A DNA stretch of 64,000 bases from Setoptus koraiensis. Taxonomy: Eukaryota; Animalia; Arthropoda. How positions within the stretch are numbered: the first letter of the stretch is position 1; the number at the start of each line of letters is the position of its first letter. The position numbers and the translations under genes are program-made. Positions 33,669-45,200 of the stretch are shown here, piece after piece. The stretch is taken from contig CM106586.1 of assembly GCA_048013815.1 (NCBI GenBank), positions 17,174,001-17,238,000 on the forward strand, given 5' to 3'. The notes beneath the pieces were generated by a model. It saw nothing but the letters and a program-made list of their open reading frames with translations, was not told the DNA's origin and made no database searches.

Positions 33669-36083
33669 GGTCCCGAGATGGAGAGCTTGCGCAACGAGAT
33701 AAGACAGCGGCCCATTATATTATAATTTGTTTGCCATTCGTACATAATTTGGTTGTGCGGCTAACTCAATTGCATTATCATCACATTGACGCATTAATAT
33801 ATCATCTATATCGGCTCATGTCGAGGCAACGCGCCACAAATCGGCGCCACATTCGCTGAAATATTCACTCAAGTCAAGTGAGTGAATTCGTTCACTTGAG
33901 AGAGTAATTTCATAAGCGCGCGCCGGCAAGCTGCCATGTGGCTCGCCGGGCTTCGGGGGCCCCCGCCAGTTAGCGGGCCCCCGTTAGTTTGGCAGCGCTG
34001 TCATCGAGAGCAGTCAATTGCGTGCGCATTGTGTGCGCCATAATTGACCATAATGGCACTGCAAAGGCACGCGAAATTAGGCGCCCAACATGATGATTAG
34101 AAATGACAAAAATGGGGCCCCTTTGGGGCCTCATTTTGCTCATATAAGCCATAACACATTTGGCATATATTCGGGACACATTTGGTCGCCATTTGGCACA
34201 CATTTGGGCGCCATTTGGCACACATTTGGCACAGCCGGCATTGGCTGCAACATTTGCGCTGGCCAGACGCTTACGTAACCAACTGGCGACGAGTGTCTGC
34301 ATTATTATTTTTATTATGCGCGCCAGCTTTTGTCTGCGCCGTCTGCTCACTCAAATCGGCCAGCGGGTACGCGCAATGTTAGCGGGGCGCCACTGCCAAA
34401 GTGTTGGCGCCAGGTCTGTGCGGGCGAGCCGGGTCTCGCGGGTCAGATTAGAGCGGCCGCGCTGCCTGACCGGCGCTCCGATCTGGCTGAAAACGGGTTT
34501 CGCAGCGGCGGCGAGATCGCGCCGGTGTCACTGCGCCGACGGTTGATGGCGGCGGCGGTCGGGGAGTTTGTGTCCGACCGTCTGCTGTCTCGGCGCTGCG
34601 AGCTTGCTCTGGGCACTGCTGCCTGGTGGGATGTTGTGTGGGAGAGATGCTTTGCGTGTGAGAATCGCGTTGCGTGGGAGAGTCGCGTTGTGTGGGAGAG
34701 TCGCGTTGTGTGGGAGATTATCGCTCGGGCAAATCAGGGAGCAGACCCGAGCGCGAGCTGACAACTGTTCGTTTAGATAAATGCGCGCCACCAGATATGA
34801 TTTACACACGATTTACACACACACACACACACACACACGCCATATATAAACGGGCCATACAAAAATGTATACAAAAAGGCCGCGATGGGAGCGCGGGAGG
34901 CTCCGCGAGCGGCCCGACAAAGTGCACCGGGCGAGCAACGAGACAAAAGTGGACAAAACGAGATTAGAGGCGCCAATTAATGGCGGGCGGCGGGGCCGCG
35001 CCAAGAATCGCCGCACAAGATAGATTGGGGGATCGGGCGCAGTTGCGGCGTGCACTCTATCATGTCATTAAGCCGGGATTGTCAAGTTGACTGGCGAGTC
35101 AACGAGCCGGTCGGTCTTTTTTGGGCCCCGTCGGCTCGCTCGGGCCCGCAACGAGGCCAGCTCATGTGTCAACTGGCCGGCGAGCCCTTCCTGGTCGCTC
35201 TTGGCCCCCTCCCGACCCCCTCTCGACCTCGTCTCACGCTTGGTTTTGGCGAGCCACCTCTGGCGAGCCACCTCTGGCAAGCTACTTTTGGCGAGCTACT
35301 TGTTGGCTCGCACAAAGGGCGCGAAGCCCCAGCAGCAGCAGCAGTGGCTGGCAGCACGTGTACGTGCGCCACCAACAAATCAAGACCAACAATATCAAGT
35401 GCATCAATCGGTGACAAGTCATCTTGTTCCCGGTTCCTTGTTCCTCGTTGCCTGCTTGGCCCCCCACGCCGGTCAGCCGTGTCGCGGCGCGCCGGGCCGC
35501 GTTCGCCCGTGGGCCCAATCTCGGCCGGCCGTCGGCCTGCGTCTGACACAGCGCCCGACAATGGCTCTGACAGCCGCTCTGACATAACTAGTTCACTCGG
35601 CCAGTCATGTCATCCTGGGGCGCCATTTGCCATCTTGCCGTTTTGACACAACAATGCGCGGCTTGCGGCACCGTCGGGCAGCGTTGTTGTGGCGGCCGTC
35701 ACTTTCGTCCATCGTCATCGGCAATAATCTATTGTGTGTGTGTGCGTCTCGACTCAACTAGATTGCCGGCCCGCCGCCGTTGCCGCTGCCCCCGCCCGCT
35801 CCGGGACCGAGCGTGCGATCATCGTTATTGTTGTCGTCGCGGCGAGACGTCTAATCGAGTTTTGTCGGGCCCATTGATTCGCTCGGCCCGAATGGAAATG
35901 AGCGCAACCGGAGCGCCGGTCGACGACAGTCGCCGGCACTCATAACGGCACTCAAAACGGCACTCATAACGGCGTTCATGGCGGCGCTCATGGCGGAGCT
36001 CATAAAGGTTTGCGCCGGCGGCATTCGGGCCGCGTCAAGTGGCCCTCGGCCGGCCGACTGGTCAAGTGGTCGAGCGGACCGCA

Positions 36084-36192
36084 TGAGCGGATGAGCGGGC
36101 GGGCGAGCGGATGAGCGGGCGAGCGAGCGGATGAGCGGGCGGGCGAGCGGATGAGCGGGCGGGCGAGCGGATGAGCGGGCGGGCGAGCGGAT
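36084..36192. repeat. 20-bp tandem repeat x~5
   Basis: GAGCGGATGAGCGGGCGGGC units. Confidence 0.88.
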
Positions 36193-37444
36193 GCGTGGAC
36201 GAGTGGCGGATAAAATAATGCGACTGGCCGGCGCGCTCGGCACAAAAATGGGGCCGATTTGGGCCGCGCGCATGGTGCGCAATGTTTGCAGGCGGAGTTC
36301 ATCGCCAAAAAAGTCGCTCGCTGTGCAGCTGTCGCAGTTGCTGCCGGCCGCTCGACGGGCGCCGCTGGCCGCACCGGGCCTCACCGGGCCTCATCCGAAG
36401 CCCGACAGGTTTTCTGGCTGCGCGCGCCCGAATAATGTCATTATGTATCCAAACTCACGTGACGCAAACTGTTTTGTTAATTGTATTGTTTCCGCGCGAC
36501 AAGCGCACCGAACGCGGCGGACGCGACCCACGCAGGCAATTTGCGAGCTGCCCACATGGTGTCTCGGCGCACGAAATTGGCCAAATTGGGGCCCCGACAT
36601 CGCACAATAAAAATAAATCTGGCGCGCGCGTACAGCTCCACAAGGACTGAGCGAATGCCATTTCATGTACGTGTATATTTAGCATGTTTAGTGTATTTAG
36701 TATATTTAGTAGATTTGGTATATTTGGTATATTTTGTGCGCGGCATCGGGCATGTCGCATGCATTGTGTGTGTTTTGTGTGGGGCCCGCGAGTGAGCGGG
36801 CCGAAACATTGTCATTATGGGGCCATTATTAGCCTGATGTGTGCGGCGCGTCGCCATGAATTCGGACGGCCCGTTGCAGCGAATTCGGTCGGCGCTGTCG
36901 GGATTTCGGTCCGGCCAACGACACCGGCCCGCCATTTGCGGCCGCAAATAAAGAGCTCGCCAATGGAGTCCGCTCGGCCATTTGCGGCCATTTGCGGCCA
37001 TTTGTTGGCCGATTCACGATCCGAGCCATCGCATCGCCGAGTGGTCGCATTCTAGTGCGGCCAGCGGTCGCATTCTAGTGCGGCCAGCGGTCGCACCCGC
37101 AACCCGTCAGCGGTCGGCCGTTAGCGGGTCGGCCCGAGCGAAAAGACCCGGCGCAGCCAATAAATTTATTGGCCGCGCTCGGCACTCAACTTTGCAGCGG
37201 ACATTTGACTTTGAACTGAGACATGTTGAGCGCGGCGGCGAGGGGGCGCTTTGGGCGCCGGTCGAGAGCCCGCGCGCGCGGTTTAGAAAAAAGAAAAGTT
37301 TCGAAGCGTGCAATTGATGCGGCGGCATTTTATGAGCGGGCAGCTCGGGTGGAAAAGCCGGCCACTTTGATCGCTGTGCCTTCATCTATCCGCCGACTAT
37401 CCGCCAGCTACCCGGCGCCTGTCCGCCGCTTGCGTCGGGTGTTC

Positions 37445-37457
37445 AGTTCAATGCACC
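37445..37457 (+). promoter_or_regulatory. Candidate ecdysone response element (IR1) AGTTCA-A-TGCACC upstream of ETHR
   Basis: 11/13 identity to the Drosophila hsp27 EcRE core GGTTCAATGCACT, ~1.8 kb upstream of the ETHR ATG. Confidence 0.3.
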
Positions 37458-37505
37458 AGCCAGAGGCCAGCCACCCCTGCGCCGGCTGACCTGATCCCTT
37501 TGGCG

Positions 37506-37545
37506 CGGCTCCCCCGAGCGGCGTGCACGCCGCTCGGGGGAGCCG
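37506..37545. repeat. Perfect 40-bp palindrome, no spacer
   Basis: CGGCTCCCCCGAGCGGCGTG|CACGCCGCTCGGGGGAGCCG; all 20 pairs checked. Confidence 0.95.
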
Positions 37546-39277
37546 AGTGTGGGGGCCGGCAGTTGAACGGCGCGTGCTATGCCAATGTCACGCCGATATG
37601 AAGCCATTCGGCGGGGGCCAGTTGACAGGTTGCAGATGCAATTTTATCCGCTGACGTGGTCCGTTTATCGTTCGCTGACGTTGTTCGTTGATGCGCCGCC
37701 ATTGTGGGGCGCCATTGAGGCGCACTTGCTTTGCGCGCTCTACATATTCAAACTGGCGTCGTGTGCGTGTGTGTGTTGTGCGCGCGCACGACGAATTTCA
37801 AAACGCAGCGGCACGACGACGGCACATTGTAGCGCGCGCAGTAACGGTACGACGGCGGCACAGCAACTGCGACGCAACGGTAACGGTCTCGCCGAAAGTG
37901 TCTAGACGCGCACAGCGAGCGAGTCAGAGCGAGCGAGTCGGCGAGCTAGTCAGCGAGTCAGTCAGCGAGTCAGTCAGCGAGTCAGTCGACAGAGTTATTT
38001 GTTGGTTTGCAGCCGACAGTGACGGAGCAGCAACTTCTAGCGACTTTTGCAGTTTGCAGTTTCCATTTCCAGTTTCCCGTTTTCATTTCCAGTGGCGGCG
38101 ACTCTTGCCGAGCGAGTCTCTGGCAGCAAGTAGACATAACTCGAGATTTGCGCCGAGATTTGCTTTGAAACATCAGTGAAGCATCAGTGAGAAACACCAG
38201 CCATTGTTTGCCGCGGTGGTCGCATGTGTAATCAGCGCGGTCGCCATCATTAGCGGGTCGGACGGGTCGTTCATGCGGCTCGTCGCGCCATTGCGTCGCC
38301 TGTGACTTAGTTGTTGTATCAAATCAATTAGAGTTAGCGGCAATTACGGCAAACAATTGCGGCACAGCAAGCAGCAGCCATCAGCAGCAAGCAACAGCAA
38401 GCAACGGCAAGCAACCGCAACCCTTCAGCGCCACGTTGCGACAAATGGATTGGTCGCGGCAGCGCCGAGGTGCGCCCCCAAAGCCCGTCGTCGCCGCCGC
38501 CAACAGTGTCGCCGCCCACGCTATCGCCCGCAACATCGGCCGCAATATCGCCGCCTACACTGTTACCGCAAGCACCGCCACACGAGCAACACCAAGACAA
38601 TCAAGCGAACATTGAGCACGGCTCAAAATTGAGGCCTCCGAAAGTCGAGGCGAACGCACCCAGTGAGAGCATCAGCAAATAGTCAGCAAGAGCGACAACC
38701 ATATCAAAAGTCAAAAGTGCAAGTGTTGACGCCAACGCTGCCCAGCTCGGGCCGGCCCGCCGATCGGGCGCCCAGATAACGGTTCGCAGCGCTCGCTGCG
38801 TCTTGCATTGCGCTCACAATTACACTTACAAACACGCGATACACGCCGCACAATATATATTACGCATCATATATACACATGTATATTTGTATATTTGTGT
38901 CAGTGCGCGGATAAAAGTCGTCAACGCAACAGCGACAACAGCGACAACAACAACAGCGACAACGACAACAACAACAGCGACAACAGCGACAACAGCAACA
39001 GCACGACGAGCGGCATAAAAAGAAAATAAATAGAGATAATAAAATGTTGCGCCACAAAGAAGCGCCAGTCATTAGCGCTAATCCCGTCGTTAGCGCAACA
39101 AGCCCCATCGGCCAACTGGATCAACGACCTCGCTGTCGGGCCCGCCGCGGCAACTTGTTCGGCGGCGCCGCGGCCGGGGCCCCCCGAAAAGCCGCCACAA
39201 CAGCAGCACCCGCAACAACAGCACCGACAGCAACAACAGCACCGACAGCATCGACAGCACCGACAGCATCGACAACC

Positions 39278-42200
39278 ATGGCGCCGTATATCGTCAGCTG
39301 GGCGATTCTTTTGTGTTTGATGGTGCCCACTTGCCACTGCCAGCGATCGTTGTCCGGGCGCCAATACCGGGCGGCCGGCGTTGCCGGCAAGCGCGAGCCC
39401 AGGTCGCTGCCGGCACTGGGGCCCGAGGCGCCCTACGACACGGGCGACGTTTTGATTAAAGTATCACATGTGGGCAGGGCCGGCGAACCGAGCGCCGATT
39501 CCGATGGGCGCCAGTCTCATCACTCGCAACTATTTCAACAGTTTCAAAACAGCAGCGCTGATTTATTGCAACTTTCCACTGTGCCAAGAGACGAGCAGCG
39601 CCCCATTAATAACAGTGAAAATACCCGAAACGAAGTGTCGCCGCAAAAAAGCGGCCCCGCCAGCTCGAGCTACACAAACAGCAACCACACAAGCAACAAC
39701 AGCAACCACACAAGCAACAACAGCAACAACAACACGACCAACTACGCGAGCGGCGACAACGCCGACGACACACACACGCAAACAGACAAATTAGTGATAC
39801 AATTCCCATTATATATGCGCATAATTGCCACCATGGCGTGCATAATAATATTTACCATTGGTGTTACAGGAAATCTATTGGTGCCACTTGTGGTGATCAA
39901 AACAAAAGATTTGCGCAATTCGACAAATTTATTCCTCATCAATTTATCCGTTGCAGACGTGCTAGTGCTCATAGTGTGCATGCCCACGGTGCTGGTTGAG
40001 CTCCATTCCAGGCCAGAGACTTGGCTGCTGGGCGAACAAATGTGTAAGTAAATCTCCAATATCGCGCCTCGTCATACTGTCACAATTTGTATAAACAATC
40101 CGGCTGAAATATCCGCGCCTCTCGCCGCTGTCATCCGCTGTATGGGCCCCCGGCCACAAAACGCTTACGACGCTAAATGTGACGCTGCTCGCTTCACTGG
40201 CGACGCTTCGTTTGGCTAGCGTTTATTGCATTTCGTTTATCCGCGCGCGAATATCCACGACCCGAAACCCGCTCTGAACAGCACATCCGGACCCGAAATG
40301 CACTGGTCTGTGTTGGCATTTGAATTGCACCCTTTCTCGAGTTCGTCCACGCGTTTCGACAGCACTTTCCGGGGGCCCAAATCCGTGCATAAACACTCGC
40401 GTAAATCGCGTTTGCACGAGGCTCGCATCACTCGATCACTTGATCCATATCCGTTCGGCGATTTCACACATTCATAGAGGGCATTTGTTCGATGTATTCG
40501 ATGCGATATGCGCAACGAGCGAGTGACGATAATTCATTAATCGGCACGCTGATTTCTCGGCGTGGCGCCTTTTTTCTAATTAACCAATCCAGTCACACAC
40601 ATCGGGGCCCCAGATGGCGCATCGAGGGTCCTAAGTCACCAAATGCAACGCGTACATATCGCACAAAGAGACCCGTATTTCATGAAGTACGGGCCTCTTC
40701 GTCAGATGTGTGATACAAAGTTTGTGTTGTGTGTCTGTATTGCAGGATTGCGCCAAAAAACCAACGCTTTCAAATGTGACACCCGAGCGGCTCGCATAAC
40801 TGGCCAGTTATGCGAGGTTGTGTCTACCTGTTGTGGGCCCAGTAGCTCGGCTGTGACATGTCGCTCTCATTGGGCTAACCGTTATTCTTGTTGTCGCAAT
40901 GTCGCTGTCGTTCGTCTCCGTTGTTCACATGTTTGTGATGCTGAAGCGAGGCCTCAGTGACTCCCCCGTTTAACGCTTAAAGTTAGTTCAGTCGTTATGC
41001 TGGCTGTCCAAGTTACACATGAGCGGCGATCTGTTCGAGCATGATATGATTCATACGACGAAAGTCTCACCATGATAATAGTGGGCAGACGGGCGGGCCA
41101 ACGACCGATGTAGCCGCCAAGAATCAGTGATATTCAGGATTCAGTATTATTCACGAGTAGTTAGCTGCAAAGAATCAAATGAGCCTCTAATGGATATTTA
41201 ATGGCCAATGAGCTTATCTGATTTGATTGTTTCAAATCGTGCAATTGGTTCGTGTCTAGCCTGGCGCGAGCCAAGTGCGATGGCTAATCGGCCCCGATAA
41301 AATTATGCACATGTCTAATCGTATATCCGGGGACACTTTTTCTCTGACACTGGTCGTGAGCTGGCATTCGAGATCACTTTATTAGATTTATTGCAGCAAG
41401 AGACGGCGGGCCCAGTACGGCTCGATTGGGCACGGCTCCATCGGGGTCGGTCACCGAGAGGCGCCGCACGACAGTGGCGTTGGTTTTCGTGTCAGCAAAG
41501 CTTTGAAAAATTAATTGTGTGCCACTACAATGATGTGCGACTTGACGCACCAACGAAAAGTTTCGCCTCGCGAGAGATAAGGCTCTGTTGCGGTGCACGT
41601 GGATAATTTATATTCTGAGACGATCATCATTCAAATGTTCGAGTGTGAGCCCCGCCGCTGGCCAATTTTTCGATACTTGCGACTCGTGAGCGCAAAAAGC
41701 CAACAATGCCTGAAAGGAAATAGAAAAAAGATCTGACGCGAATTTGGATTTGTTTCAGCTTGAAGTGGCTAACTTCGAAGCCTGTTTCCTTGCACCCAGC
41801 CTCTTCCATCATCAAATTCGAAAGTGCACTCAAAAGCGCAGCTCCCTTTAGGCACCCCAGAAATAGATAGCTGAGAGGCAGGAAAAATGCAAGGCTTGCC
41901 AAAAATTAACTCAGTGAAAGGTTCGCTGAGCAGGGCACATAGTGGCGCATCGTACCAGTCTATTGCAGTTATCTGATTGTTTGCATGTAAATTGCCTGTA
42001 AATTGCTGAACCCCTCAAAACTTTCGCGATTTCATGCCCTTGATTGCGGAACGCAGATACGCAGATACTTTTTCCCGCCATTATCTTTTCTTTTTTCATT
42101 GAAAATCTCTTTTTTCATGGAAAATCTCTATTTTCATGGAAAATCTCCATTTTCATGGAAAATTTCGGTGAAAAAAAAAAGAGAAAAATGACCAGCTCGT

Positions 42201-45200
42201 TATCTGAAACATCGTTAAATATCCTCCGAAAATCTCTAATATCATGTTTGCCGATGTGCGTGATTTTTTTGCGAAAATGTGTCTAGCGCCGCCTCACATA
42301 ATTACAATTATACCGGTATTGCCGTGAAAAAATGAACTAACAAATGAATGAAAAAAAAAAAAAAAAATGAAAGTGTACATCATGGCTGGCACACAACGAG
42401 AAGCTAATGGGCACATTATAGCACTCATTAGTGTTTCGTCCTTGAAAAAAGTTGAGATATCGCTAGATTTCTCCAGACATCTCTCTTTGGTATTTCGACA
42501 CTGTGTTGTAGACTACAACACAGTGTACAACTTGTAGTAGCAATAAACGGGTTAGACAAAAGTATTCCGAAATTGAGGCCTTTTTCGTGGCCGAAAGCAG
42601 GCGAGAAAAGTTGTTTGGATAAGGTTTAGATGTAATCTGTGCGCGTTATCGTCGCCAGTTGCGATAGCAATACATGGCGTAATGAGCAGTGCCGAAGAAA
42701 AGATTCAATGATAAATCACGTGAAAATGTGCGAACAGACGATTAAACGGATACAGCGCGGTACAGTCATTTATGTGTGTATCAATAACTAATAGCTAGTA
42801 TCAGCACTGGATGAGACAGTTAACGGCGAGACCGTTGCTTATCAGTTTGCTGATGAGAAGAGAAATCAACAATACATACAATCTAGCGAAATAACTGAAC
42901 GGATGACTTCTCCTGCTTTTTCTTGATTTCTCTCGGTCCCCCTGTCGGGCGCACCGTCAGGCGCACTGTCGGGCGCACCGTCGGGCGCACTGTCGGGCGT
43001 TAAGCCGGGCGATCGCCGCACAACTCTATCAAATGTGGCGCGATTGACAGAATAATAAGTGAATATGTAATCTGGGGCCGTTACGCTGAGCAGCGGTGGT
43101 GGGGCCCACCTACAATGGCGGGCTTGCTCACTGCGGTGCGGAGCGGCTATCGCTATCCCGATGAGATGGCGTGGCAATTTTCTCAATTGTTGTTGTTGCT
43201 ATCACGTAGCACTGTGTTGCGAAAACTATCACGGCAAGCATGCAAAACAGATACAACGCAAAGTGGATATTCACTCGATTTGAGAAACACTTAAACTGCA
43301 TCACCGTGAGCCTTGGCCGGCTTACACGAGCCATAATTCGATTTCACGCAAGAGTAAAAAGAAAGCGACTGGCAAGACATATCGCCAGACATATAGAGGG
43401 GCCATATATCACTGTAAATCCCGAATGGCTTATGTTGGGGCCATACTGGGCGCGTCATATGGCTCCTAGAATGAGGAAGAGAGTTGCACTTTGCAGTTGC
43501 GTGCAGTGCCGTGGCACCGCACTAAACTAATAGATTATCATACAAATGATAAGTCCGACTGTGAGTGTGCCAGCTGACGATGATCAAGTAGAGCAGGTTG
43601 AGAGATGTGGAGTATGTTCTGAGAACGGCTGGACGTGCCAACGTCGTGTTTGTTGAGCTGGGGCCCCCCGAAGACTCGCCAGCCGAAATGAAAAGAATAG
43701 AGATAAGAATCTTGTGATGCCGGTGCGTCTGCTCTAATCATACTCGCGCACTGAATTGAAAATTCGGGCTCGCCCTTCCGATTTTATGGTGTCGTTGTCG
43801 TCAGTGTCACGGAAACAAATCGAACGGTGCCAATAACTGTCGCTGTCAGGCGCTACCTGTTCCCGGAATGCACCGGCAATGTTTACGGGAAGAGCAATTG
43901 TCACATTCACGGGTGCTTGAGCCGTCGCTTAAAAGTGCTCAAAGAATCAAACGGCGACAGACAATCGATTTGAGCATCGATCGCGAACATATTGTCTGAC
44001 GTTGACCCGTCGTCGGGCCCCACCGAGTGCGCGACATGATCGCGCGTTCCTATGAATGGCGGCGAACAGCGCTCGCCGAACAGTGATAGTTTTCTTCAGG
44101 GATTTTTCTATGGATTGCGCCCAATGTCAATGCCTTCATCACTCTTGCACATACTGCATGGATACATACACTGTCGCCGTATCATGTCGATAAAGCCGTC
44201 ATACACCAGGTAAAGCCGTCATACACCAGGTAAAGCACCGGACACAGCACCAGGTGAAGCACCACGTACAGCGCCGGGTGTGGCACCAGGTATGCGGCTC
44301 AATGATGTGCGAGGCGTGACAATCAGCCAACTTGGACAGGAAGAGGGATGATATGCAATTAGTGCGGCTGTTGCGGCGATCATCGTCGCTCATTCACAAT
44401 TAGTAGCGACAAGCGAATTACGTAATGGCTTGTCGTCCGGCAACTAGCGGTAGGTCGGGTGTCTTTCGCGGCGGCCACACGTGATTGCGCTCATTGTGTT
44501 TGCTGATTGACACATCAATATACCACCAGCACGTCAGTGTATCCATACATCAGCGCAGCCAGTATATTTATTCGTCAGAGTATCAATAAATCCGTATATC
44601 GGTATATCAATAGTGGTCTCGGTCGAGCACCGAGTTTGCACCGGACACTTGACTTTTGGGCCGCAACACAATCGCGCCCAATTTGGCGCAAGCGAGCCAG
44701 CCGGCCCCGGCCAGGTAGACGAACGCACAAGAGGCATCCTGGCAACGCCGGGTTCACCAACGCCGGCGCGAGCCACCTCATTTGGGGCCGTCTCACCAGG
44801 TCTCACAAGCGCCAAGTGTCGCAAGCACGGGGCCTCGCGGGCGAGAAGCTGGCCAGCCGCTTGTTCAACCCGATCCACTTACAATCAATCAATTTCCTAA
44901 TCAACATTAGAACATTAGAATGGAGCGACTTCGCCGAGCTACTTCGTAATTCCAATCCAATGTAATGTGCTCCGCCGCTATTATCATTATAATTATTATC
45001 ATGCTTGCAGCGGTGCGTCCACGACAGGCGTCGGTAGCAATACAAGCGCCCGAAGAATTTTTCCGCTCCCCTGTTTGGGGATTATTACTGTTTGGTCACC
45101 GTTGGTCGGTTCGGACGCTTTTTTGCTTGGCTGATTCGGGTCATCATGGTCGCCGGGCCGAGTGGCAGTTCGAGAGACACTGGAGTGTAGTGACTAGAGT

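Noticed and set aside
34052-34073. AATGGCACTGCA resembling the miR-263/miR-228 5' end
   Set aside because: No complementary arm forming a pre-miRNA hairpin nearby.
22776-39000. Many overlapping 60-230-aa ORFs in the GC-rich block
   Set aside because: Low-complexity R/A/P/G/C translations on all six frames, as expected from stop-poor GC-rich DNA; no domains recognised.
39044-39277. Upstream in-frame ATG as the ETHR start
   Set aside because: It adds a repeat-derived A/T/P stretch ahead of a clear signal peptide with a better Kozak context at 39278. Not excluded.
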